DNA of 64,000 nt from positions 3,915-67,914 of the forward strand of contig CAMCEM010000002.1 in assembly GCA_945873755.1 (NCBI GenBank). The letters run 5' to 3'. Under the pieces are notes generated by a model. The model was not told where the DNA came from. It made no database searches and saw only the letters and a program-made list of their open reading frames with translations. The position numbers were made by a program, and so were the translations under genes. Source of the stretch: Chitinophaga pinensis. GTDB taxonomy: Bacteria; Bacteroidota; Bacteroidia; UKL13-3. Positions 9,887-18,138 of the stretch are shown one piece after another (the first letter of the stretch is position 1; the number at the start of each line of letters is the position of its first letter).

Positions 9887-10289
9887 TTACTTGTTTTGCT
9901 TACAAATGAACACAATGTGGGTCAGCCCCAAAATAGAATTAAAAAAAAGTGCGGTGGGGAAAATAAAAAATACTGAAGGGTCGGCAATGAGGGTCGGCTT
10001 ATTCGTTGCTCGTTTTAAATATGGTCTGTATGTTGGTCACTTAGCAAAATGGTTTGTCATTGTGTTTAAATTTTGTTCGGTCTATCGTCTTTTGAATGGT
10101 CTTCCTACCATTGGCTATAACGTTCCCATGGCAGGCGCAGAAAGCATTTCAACCTAAAAAGTTCCAACGAAACCATGAAGTCCAAATCTACTAATATGTT
10201 TCATACGAACCTAAATATGCTTTTACGCTTACCATTTATTACCTATTACTTTAAAGACCAAATTCCATATTCTTTACAAGAATCATAGC

Positions 10290-11318
10290 TCATACTTTAA
10301 TCAGTTGTTTTAAACGGCCCTGAAAAGACTGGAAATAATTTCTTTTAGTTGTATCATTTAGATAAGAAGCAGCTACCATTTTTTCAACTAAATCTGATTT
10401 AGAAAGCATCAATGACATGATATCCTGAAAAGTTTTTTCACTGATTTCTGCTTTCTCCGCTAGTTTGGCAAATTGCAAACCGATTTTTCCTTGACCTAGA
10501 TTTCTAGGTAATAGTCCATCATCTAAAGTAAAATCTTTATCTTCTATATGAATACGGCTATTGAGTAAGTCATAAGCAGGACTTAGTCGATAATCACCAA
10601 AAGATGTTTCTAATATCGAGAAATTTTTAAAGTGTGCATCACCATTTGAAAAAAGATAATTAAAGACAAGTATTTTTAAAAGCTTTGGTGCTTCTATCTT
10701 ATAAGTTGTTAAATAGTTGCGCATTAATTCAAATATATCTAAATAATTACCAAGATACTTGTAATGTTCACCATGAGTTTGCGGTGTTCTTTTTGCTAAG
10801 GAAGCAAAGTCATCTTGTGCCAATTTTAAGCCATCTTCTTTTACATCAAATCTTTTGGTAATATAGGCAGGTGTACCATCTTTAAAAAAGATTAATGCAT
10901 TTTCCGCAGTCTCAATTCCATATACCTGACGGGCAATTTGCATAGTTAAATGCTCATTGGCGGGCATTTGATCTGGGTTTTTACCAGCGCCAGGAATCGG
11001 TTTCAGAATATAAGTACCATGTTCATTCTCATTAATAAGCCTTAGTTTGTTTTTGTCGAGCAGTACAGAATATTTTTCTTGCACGCCTGATATCGACATA
11101 CGTTTTCGGTTTTCATCAAATAGTTCATCAGTTTCTGGGTTTGACGATGGTGAATCGTAAGGCAAAATATGATGCACCTTCTTGCCCCGAAAGACTCTAT
11201 TTAAAGCGGTTTTACTATAAGTATCAAAACCTTCAGATAATGTTCCTGGACAAACTTTAATTAATAAAGGAAAATTATCAATTGACAATGGAGTTGAATT
11301 TTTTAATTTTTCGGTCAT
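10290..11318 (-). CDS. HipA C-terminal-domain Ser/Thr kinase toxin (HipT-like)
   Basis: SISGVQEKYSV matches the HipA SLSGxQxK ATP-binding motif. VFNYLFSNGDAHFKNFSIL matches the catalytic xxGNxDxHxKNxS motif. YDLLNS is also present. The start overlaps the upstream gene as ATGA. Confidence 0.85.
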   Translation of the reverse strand: MTEKLKNSTPLSIDNFPLLIKVCPGTLSEGFDTYSKTALNRVFRGKKVHHILPYDSPSSNPETDELFDENRKRMSISGVQEKYSVLLDKNKLRLINENEHGTYILKPIPGAGKNPDQMPANEHLTMQIARQVYGIETAENALIFFKDGTPAYITKRFDVKEDGLKLAQDDFASLAKRTPQTHGEHYKYLGNYLDIFELMRNYLTTYKIEAPKLLKILVFNYLFSNGDAHFKNFSILETSFGDYRLSPAYDLLNSRIHIEDKDFTLDDGLLPRNLGQGKIGLQFAKLAEKAEISEKTFQDIMSLMLSKSDLVEKMVAASYLNDTTKRNYFQSFQGRLKQLIKV

Positions 11319-11665
11319 TTTTGCTTTGAAGATTTTATAATAGAAATGAGCAGTCTTAAAATTTCTTCAACCTCAGTTTTATACGATTCAAAATCGTTTT
11401 TGTCAATATAGTCAGATTGGTGAAGTAAGTCTAGCCAATATGCTGATTCGTTTGCTTCTTTTAAGGCAATTGATAGTTTATGAATGAAATCTGCCTTACT
11501 TTCAGCATGTTCAGATTCTCTTACCAAAGCCCCAATAGCAGTTCCTGATCTCAATAATTGTTTTGATAGAATAAATTCTCTTTTAGATTCAGTCAAAAAC
11601 TGATAGAGTCTTACAATTCTCAATGAAAATGCAAAACTTTTTATTTTTATAATATTCTCTTTCAT
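11315..11665 (-). CDS. Four-helix-bundle protein (TIGR02436 / 23S rRNA intervening-sequence protein family, Avd-like), embedded between hipS and hipT
   Basis: LRSGTAIGALVRESEHAESKADFIHKLSIALKEANESAYWLDLL is the family signature. The likely ATG is at 11663-11665; the track ORF uses an upstream TTG. Confidence 0.7.
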   Translation of the reverse strand: MKENIIKIKSFAFSLRIVRLYQFLTESKREFILSKQLLRSGTAIGALVRESEHAESKADFIHKLSIALKEANESAYWLDLLHQSDYIDKNDFESYKTEVEEILRLLISIIKSSKQK

Positions 11666-11666
11666 A

Positions 11667-11757
11667 ATTATCAATTACCCATTATCAATTACCCATTATC
11701 AATTATCCATTATCAATTATCCATTTTCAATTATCCATTTTCAATTATCCATTTTCC
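11667..11757. repeat. 14-nt tandem repeat, about 6.5 copies ((C/T)CATT(A/T)TCAATTA(C/T)C)
   Basis: attatcaattaccc x2, attatcaattatcc x2, attttcaattatcc x2. The array spans exactly from the hipS-like stop codon (its last 5 codons lie in the repeat) to the four-helix-bundle gene start. Confidence 0.9.
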
Positions 11758-12067
11758 TTACAGTAACCGCACCAATGCTGTCATTTTTTGCAGTAGACAT
11801 CAGCAATCCAAAGTGGTCTTCTCGGTCTATTCTATTTAGTTTACAAACTACTTGCTTATTTGAGCCTTCAGGAAGCATGTTGTAAAAAAATGGAAATAGG
11901 TATTTAGAATGAAATTCTTTTTCAATTTTAGGTAAAGTAAGACTGATACTCTGCTTACTGTTATTGGCTATCCATTCATCTTGATAAAGAAATGAAAACG
12001 ATCCATCATCATGTTGGGTCAGGATACCTGCTTCTTCATTCTTGAATAATACTTTGGCTTTTCTCAT
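11741..12067 (-). CDS. HipA N-terminal-domain protein (HipS-like putative antitoxin)
   Basis: FFYNMLPEGSNKQVV...DSIGAVTV matches the HipA_N / couple_hipA domain (LLPEG...GxDxxGA). Separate 108-aa ORF. Confidence 0.8.
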   Translation of the reverse strand: MRKAKVLFKNEEAGILTQHDDGSFSFLYQDEWIANNSKQSISLTLPKIEKEFHSKYLFPFFYNMLPEGSNKQVVCKLNRIDREDHFGLLMSTAKNDSIGAVTVRKMDN

Positions 12068-12282
12068 TTATTAGTCGTTATGTTTTTAATTTTTAAGCAA
12101 ATCTCCATACCCAATACATCAGATATCTTTTGCAAAGTTAACAGTGTTGGATTTCCTTTTCCGCTTTCAAATTGTTTTAGCGTTCTCAATCCAACGTTTG
12201 ATAGTTCTGCTAATCTTTCCTGTGTTACTTGTAGCGCCTCCCTACGTTCTTTTATCGTTTTTATTAATTCGTTAAAGTGCAT
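12064..12282 (-). CDS. HTH XRE-family transcriptional regulator (HipB-like)
   Basis: TQERLAELSNVGLRTLKQFESGKGNPTLLTLQKISDVLGM is a Cro/C1-type HTH. It overlaps the hipS-like gene by 4 nt. Confidence 0.8.
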   Translation of the reverse strand: MHFNELIKTIKERREALQVTQERLAELSNVGLRTLKQFESGKGNPTLLTLQKISDVLGMEICLKIKNITTNK

Positions 12283-12601
12283 TATATGGCATTATTTAGT
12301 GCAAACGTAATATTAAATTTATAAAAAACAACAAAAAGAGCGTTAAACCGCACTATATATTATTTATTTTGATATTAACTAAGTAATCAAAGTAAAAAGT
12401 GCAACTTAAAGCACTATTGTTTATCTGAGAGAGTTTGTCTAGGTTAATGCAGTATTGGTAGTAATGTTTGCAGTTACAAGAAGTTGACGATTTCGGAGAC
12501 GAGAATTGTCTGCTACCACTGAGCTTGATACGAAGCACGAAGTTTATTTAACCACTGAGCCACCAATTTCTTGTAGGTGCTTTTAGTGGCTGGGCTAATT
12601 G

Positions 12602-13177
12602 TCATGGTTCAAATAAATTATTTATGATTCTGTCTACAGAAATTTTTGTACGAGGAACATTGTCCGTGCGCAAATAACTTTGAAGTCTATTTTTAATAAT
12701 ATCTGATTTCGGATTGTCAGTTAGTCTTGGGTTTAATTGTTGTAATAGTAGAGATTGATTCAATCTTTCTCCATTTGTCGTGCAGAATATTAGTGCGTCA
12801 AGTGCTACTAAACTAAGAGGTCTACCTTTAGATAACCATTTGTCGGCCCTATCCCAATTGAAAAAGGAAACAGCAGCCAAATGTCCCCAATTAATTCCAA
12901 CGCTTTTAATTCTTTGAGCATTGTTTTCGATCCAGTCTAATGTTTTGTCGGTGCGGATATTATTTAAAGCAAGAATGTAATCGTTTAGATTTCTATCTTC
13001 ACAATGGTCAATTTCAATGGAAATTACTTTAAAAGCTTCGTCTTTGTTTAACCTCTTAGCAATATCCTCGCAACGAAGATGAAAGTCGTCAATTTTTTCT
13101 TGGTTGTTCATTATGCTGTTTATCTGTAGCCTTACCGCTAACTTGCATATACCCGCTACTTTATAGCGCATATCCAC
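12602..13177 (-). CDS. Hypothetical protein, 191 aa, no recognisable domain
   Basis: ORF only. It is probably cytoplasmic (no signal peptide or TM segments). The real start may be the internal M (MNNQEK...). Confidence 0.45.
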   Translation of the reverse strand: MDMRYKVAGICKLAVRLQINSIMNNQEKIDDFHLRCEDIAKRLNKDEAFKVISIEIDHCEDRNLNDYILALNNIRTDKTLDWIENNAQRIKSVGINWGHLAAVSFFNWDRADKWLSKGRPLSLVALDALIFCTTNGERLNQSLLLQQLNPRLTDNPKSDIIKNRLQSYLRTDNVPRTKISVDRIINNLFEP

Positions 13178-13410
13178 ATAAAATTGATTGGCTTTGCGAA
13201 ACTAGTTGGTGTTTTTTCCTTTTACAATTATATTCATTTATTTAAAAATAATAGTTAATTTATTATTGAACCCCATAAAAGAAACATCACTGTGAGCATC
13301 CACCCGAATGGGATGGTATGGTATGTTCAAAACCATATTCATAAAATAACATTATATGCAACAAAATAATTTTGTCCAGTAAAGTATAGGGCGAACACAT
13401 AGGTTTGACC

Positions 13411-15774
13411 CTATCGACCCAATATTTCAAAATTTACATGTAAACTATTGCCTGTTTCATCGGTAACGGTTAAGGCATGTTTGCCTTGTTTTGGGGCTAA
13501 TTCCATTTGGTGAAAACGTTGTGTTGTGCCAATAAAAGCTTCGTCTAAATACCAAAATATTTTGGTTTGTGCATACTTATGTGCTACTTCAAAAATGGCT
13601 TTACCAGTGTTTCCATCTAGTTGAATTGGTATAAACAACCGGTTCGATTTTTTAGGATAAATTAAATCCATCACAGGTTTATTGCTTTCGTCCACACAAT
13701 CGTTTCTAAAAGGAGGCAATGTTTTGTAATTAGGGTGAGCTGCTTTGTAATAATACTCCACCGAAGGAGGCAACACAAACCAACTTTCGTGTATCATATT
13801 GCTTACACTTTCGCAATTACTGTTTACTCTGTAAGTATTTGTTTTGTCTAAATGCACCAATTCGTGGTAAGGACAAACACCAGTTTTATCATTTTTTTTG
13901 TTAATATAAATGGTATCTACAGGCCAGCAATTAGGGTTGGCTTTGTATCCACTTTGTTGGCAAACAACTGCTTTTTTCATTTCATCGTAAGGCGGATTGA
14001 ACCAAGTGGTGCGGGGTAAAATTTTAAAAATGTCGAACATAATAGGCGCTGCAGCTTGCACCCCAATTAATCCTGGTTTTCCTTGTCCATCGGCATTGCC
14101 AACCCACACACCTACTACATATTCGGGCGTAACACCTATGCTCCAAGCATCTCTAAATCCAAAACTTGTTCCTGTTTTCCAAGCTATTTTTCGGCTACTT
14201 TCAAACTGTTGCCAAAGGGCTTCATCGCCCGGGCGCATGGCTTCGTCCATGGCTTCAAAAGTTTGGAAAATACTTGCAGCATTCATTTTGCCAAAAGTGG
14301 GCAATTCCATAAAAGGTTTAATACTCATTGCTTGGTAATTGTAGCGCGCATTGAACCAATTTTCATTGTTATATCTGCCATTGTTTGTAGCAAAATTATT
14401 TAACAACCTTGCCATATTTGCATACAACGAGGTGAGTTCATACATATTATTTTCGCCCCCACCTAAAATTAATGCCAATCCATAATGTGGCGATGGTTGG
14501 GTTAGAGTAGTAATACCAAGCATTTTTAAGCGTTCATAAAATCGTTGGTATTTATATGCATTTAACATGCGAATGGCAGGTACATTTAGCGAGCGCGAAA
14601 GTGCTTTATTAGCATGCACCGCACCACTGTAACCTAAATCGAAATTTTGAGGCGAATAGCCAGCTACTTGGGTTGGAATATCGTTTATTAAAGTGGTTGG
14701 TAATATCATTCCATCTTCCAACATGGCTTCATATAAAAAAGGTTTCAAAATACTACCCGGACTGCGAGGCGCTTGAATTATATCTACATAATTGTCAAAA
14801 GTATTTTCCTTGGGTTTATAAATATTTCCAATGTACGATTTTATTGTTCCACTTGAAACATGAATTACAATTGCACAAGCATTGTTAATTCCATTTGCAC
14901 TTAGTTGTTTGTTATGTAAAAACAAAATTTGATTGACTTGCTTTTGCCAGTATCCATTTATAGCAGTTTTTATGGCTTTATTTTTTACACTTTGTTTTTT
15001 ATTTTGCTTAGCAATAAATTGTATTAAGTGTGGAGCATCTTGCGCTAACTGTATAGGTTTATCGGGTATAGGCTCTAATTTGGCTAGTTTATTGGTTTCT
15101 GAATCAATTATTTTTTCGGCTAATAATTGGTCTAATAAAAGATTGCGTTTTTTTAAAAGCCAACTTCGGTTTTTTGAAGGATGAATAATTGATGGTGCAT
15201 TGGGTAAAATTGCTAAACTAGCCGACTCTGCCCACGAAAGTAAATAAGATGGTCTGCTAAAGTAACGCCAACTTGCCGCTTCTAACCCCACCACATTGCC
15301 GCCAAAAGGCGCATGAGCAGCATATAAATTAATGATTTCGTTTTTAGAAAAACCACATTCTATTCTAACTGAAAGCAGCATTTCATATATTTTATTCCAA
15401 ATATTTCTTTTGCTTTTATTGGCCATTCGCGCCACTTGCATGGTAATTGTACTAGCACCACTAATGGTTTTTTGTTTGGTAAAATTTAGTTTAATGGCTC
15501 GCGCCAATGCTAAAAAATCTATACCAAAATGGTAGTGATACCGTTTGTCTTCGTAGGTTATAAGGCAAGTTTTAAATTTTTCGGGAACTGAATCAGCTTG
15601 CGGAAAACGCCATTGTCCATCGTTGGCTATTTGCGCTTGGAGTAAATTATTTTTTTCATCAAAAAGCACCAAACTATAATCGGCTTTAAACAAAGGTTTG
15701 GGCAACATAAAATAAAAACCAGTAGCTGCCAAAGCCAATATTAGTTTGTATTTATGTTTGCGTATATATTGCAT
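13411..15774 (-). CDS. pbpC: Penicillin-binding protein 1C (bifunctional transglycosylase/transpeptidase)
   Basis: 787 aa. The N-terminal TM anchor, the GT51 domain and the C-terminal PbpC-specific domain give an overall PbpC architecture. Confidence 0.8.
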   Translation of the reverse strand: MQYIRKHKYKLILALAATGFYFMLPKPLFKADYSLVLFDEKNNLLQAQIANDGQWRFPQADSVPEKFKTCLITYEDKRYHYHFGIDFLALARAIKLNFTKQKTISGASTITMQVARMANKSKRNIWNKIYEMLLSVRIECGFSKNEIINLYAAHAPFGGNVVGLEAASWRYFSRPSYLLSWAESASLAILPNAPSIIHPSKNRSWLLKKRNLLLDQLLAEKIIDSETNKLAKLEPIPDKPIQLAQDAPHLIQFIAKQNKKQSVKNKAIKTAINGYWQKQVNQILFLHNKQLSANGINNACAIVIHVSSGTIKSYIGNIYKPKENTFDNYVDIIQAPRSPGSILKPFLYEAMLEDGMILPTTLINDIPTQVAGYSPQNFDLGYSGAVHANKALSRSLNVPAIRMLNAYKYQRFYERLKMLGITTLTQPSPHYGLALILGGGENNMYELTSLYANMARLLNNFATNNGRYNNENWFNARYNYQAMSIKPFMELPTFGKMNAASIFQTFEAMDEAMRPGDEALWQQFESSRKIAWKTGTSFGFRDAWSIGVTPEYVVGVWVGNADGQGKPGLIGVQAAAPIMFDIFKILPRTTWFNPPYDEMKKAVVCQQSGYKANPNCWPVDTIYINKKNDKTGVCPYHELVHLDKTNTYRVNSNCESVSNMIHESWFVLPPSVEYYYKAAHPNYKTLPPFRNDCVDESNKPVMDLIYPKKSNRLFIPIQLDGNTGKAIFEVAHKYAQTKIFWYLDEAFIGTTQRFHQMELAPKQGKHALTVTDETGNSLHVNFEILGR

Positions 15775-15889
15775 TTGAACAAATAAAGAGGATTTTTTAA
15801 TTTGAAACTAACTTTTAAAAAATAAAAGTACATTAAAATTAAAAAGTACTTTTAGGATTATTTTTTTAATTTTATTTTATATTTGAATT

Positions 15890-16138
15890 ATGATAATTAG
15901 AACAATTGAAATTGATACTGAGGAACACGCGAACATTTTTGACAAGAATGTTGCTACTTTGTTGTTTGCTAAATTAATAGATAATAATTTAAAAATAACT
16001 TTCCGAGATTTAGCTTTAGGAATAGGAAGACCCTTAACTGATAAAGAATGGGATGAATACTTTGAATTAAATCCAAATGATTTAGCACCTATAAATGAAA
16101 ATGATGCTAAAACATTTTTGAAAAACAAATTGGCTTAA
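15890..16138 (+). CDS. Orphan antitoxin-like protein, paralog of 50637-50888
   Basis: MIIRTIEIDTEEH...FGIGRPLTD... aligns with MEILTIEIDTKEN...FGIGRLASD... of the antitoxin upstream of the ParE-like toxin at 50356-50640. Confidence 0.55.
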   Translation: MIIRTIEIDTEEHANIFDKNVATLLFAKLIDNNLKITFRDLALGIGRPLTDKEWDEYFELNPNDLAPINENDAKTFLKNKLA

Positions 16139-16215
16139 ATGGAGGTTTTGTATAAGTAAAATGCTTTAGAAACACTATATTAAATTGCTTTGGGTACAAT
16201 TTTTAAATAACTAAA
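16139..16215 (+). pseudogene. Remnant of a RelE/ParE-like toxin: nonsense at codon 7, and the rest deleted or diverged
   Basis: ATGGAGGTTTTGTATAAGTAAAATGCTTTAGAAACACTA reads MEVLYK*NALETL, against the intact paralog MKLIFKEPALKTL. It starts immediately after the antitoxin stop (TAAATG). Confidence 0.35.
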
Positions 16216-16256
16216 TTTAATCAAATATCTGCCATCAAAAATCACCAATTACACTG

Positions 16257-17225
16257 CTAATTTTTTAAGAATTTTATTGTTTCAATTGTTCCACTTTTAT
16301 GTAAGAGTTTAACAAAATAAATTCCATTGTTTAAGCCCGAAATATCAATAATTTCTTTGGTATCATTTAATTCAATTACTAGTTGTCCTAAGTAATTGTA
16401 AATGCTCACCGATTGGTATTTTGTATTTTCGACATTTTCTATTTTTATGAAATTATGCGCGGGATTAGGATATATTTTAGATTGATGCCAAGTTTTGTTT
16501 TGGGTAATGTTTTTTACAAAAGTTTTTGCAAAATTACATTCAGCTGCATATGAATTGAAAAAATTAATATTTCCTCTTAAACTATCGCTATAACATACAA
16601 GACTTTCATACGTTTGTCCACCTGCAGTTCGAAATGCAACACATTTTAATGGATTTATTTGAGGAAAAGGACTGGTAGTTGAGCCAATGTTTTTAACAAT
16701 GTTACCAATATAAAACTTTTTATTGAACGAAGTACTGATGCAATCAAAAATTAAATTGCTAAAAGTATCTTGATACAATTGAGTTATGTTGATGGTGTCA
16801 ACCTTTGGGTAAGTAGAGTCTGAACTACAAATTTGCCATGTGTTGCCAATTATAAATTCATCGTTTGGTTTAGCATTAAATGAATAGATAAACAAAAAGG
16901 TTTTGTTAATTTTATCGAACCAAAAAATACTGTCGTTCGATTTGAAAACAAATTCAGATTCCATGCTGCTTTTACTATAACCAATCTCAGTTCCACCCGG
17001 GCCAAAAATTCTGATAAAATCAACCGATAATTTTTTAGCAAGTTTTCCGTCAATTAAAGTGTCTTTTTCATAATTGTATTGTCTATAATACGACTCAGTG
17101 GCTGTAATCATTGTATACAACCAACTTGCTCCAGGTGGGCACCAAGGCATGGTGTCTTTTACTATTTGCGATTTTGCTTGAAAAACCATGGCAAACAAAA
17201 TAAAGACAAGTATTATTTTTTTCAT
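16257..17225 (-). CDS. Secreted protein with a T9SS type-A C-terminal sorting domain
   Basis: Signal peptide. The C-terminal roughly 70 aa (KIYPNPAHNFIKIEN...GIYFVKL...) is a Por_Secre_tail pattern. Confidence 0.65.
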   Translation of the reverse strand: MKKIILVFILFAMVFQAKSQIVKDTMPWCPPGASWLYTMITATESYYRQYNYEKDTLIDGKLAKKLSVDFIRIFGPGGTEIGYSKSSMESEFVFKSNDSIFWFDKINKTFLFIYSFNAKPNDEFIIGNTWQICSSDSTYPKVDTINITQLYQDTFSNLIFDCISTSFNKKFYIGNIVKNIGSTTSPFPQINPLKCVAFRTAGGQTYESLVCYSDSLRGNINFFNSYAAECNFAKTFVKNITQNKTWHQSKIYPNPAHNFIKIENVENTKYQSVSIYNYLGQLVIELNDTKEIIDISGLNNGIYFVKLLHKSGTIETIKFLKN

Positions 17226-17349
17226 ATTATTAGTTTTTGTTTTTGTGATAACTTAAAAATAATTATTATTCATTTATTTTGATATGATACATTTATGTAA
17301 AAATTGAATAGCGTTTTAAAATCAATTTTAATTGGCTAAAATTCCTATC

Positions 17350-18126
17350 CTACCAAACTATTTTTTCCTTATTTAAAAATGCATTGATTCCGCTTTTGCA
17401 ATCGTTTGATTGGCGAGCAAATGCATTCATTTCAGCTGCGTAATTTAATGCTTCAGTTAAGGTTTTATTTTGTACTTCATTTATCATTTGTTTGGTTAAT
17501 GCCAAACTTTGACCAGAGGCACTAATGCAAAGTTTTTGAGCAAAATTAAATACATATTCTTCTATTTCTTCATCAACTATTACTTCATTAATTAGTTGTA
17601 AATTTTTAGCTTGTTCGGCATTTAACATTTCGGCAGTAAGTAAAATACGTTTGGCCGTTTGTTCTCCTACTTTTCTTATTAAAAATACCATAACAATTGC
17701 AGGTACAAATCCAATTTTTACTTCGGTATAAGCAAATTTACTTTGTATAGTTGCAAAACAAAAATCGCATACAGTTGCTAAACCACAACCTCCTGCCAAA
17801 GCTGCACCTTCTACTTGCGCTATTACTACTTTTTTTGATTGATAAATTAATAGAAACAATTCCATTAAGTTTTTGCTATCAGCCAAGTTTTCATCAAAAG
17901 TATTGTTTTGCATAGTTTGCAAACTAGCTAAGTCAGCACCACTACAAAAAGCTTCGCCATTGCCTTTAATTACTATTACTTTGCAGCTTTCGTCATTCTC
18001 GGCTTCTAAAAAAACTTGCTTTATTTGTTGCACAAAATCAAAACTTAAAGCATTGCGTTTTTCTGGACGGTTTAAAGTTATGTAGCCTACCCTATTATTT
18101 ACATTATATAAAACTAAATCGTTCAT
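17350..18126 (-). CDS. Enoyl-CoA hydratase/isomerase (crotonase) family protein
   Basis: VIVIKGNGEAFCSGADLASL is the crotonase oxyanion-hole motif. Confidence 0.85.
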   Translation of the reverse strand: MNDLVLYNVNNRVGYITLNRPEKRNALSFDFVQQIKQVFLEAENDESCKVIVIKGNGEAFCSGADLASLQTMQNNTFDENLADSKNLMELFLLIYQSKKVVIAQVEGAALAGGCGLATVCDFCFATIQSKFAYTEVKIGFVPAIVMVFLIRKVGEQTAKRILLTAEMLNAEQAKNLQLINEVIVDEEIEEYVFNFAQKLCISASGQSLALTKQMINEVQNKTLTEALNYAAEMNAFARQSNDCKSGINAFLNKEKIVW

Positions 18127-18138
18127 TTATTATATTAT

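Noticed and set aside
9849-10157. 102-aa + strand ORF and 70-aa minus-strand ORF over conserved element B
   Set aside because: They overlap the conserved non-coding element, with no motif and no start context. They are treated as spurious.
12470-12570. Possible tRNA gene or tRNA fragments (two ccactgagc matches to the D-arm consensus on the minus strand)
   Set aside because: No T-arm (GGTTCGAATCC-like), no anticodon stem and no acceptor pairing could be built by eye. At best it is tRNA-derived debris, so it is reported only as context in the island finding.
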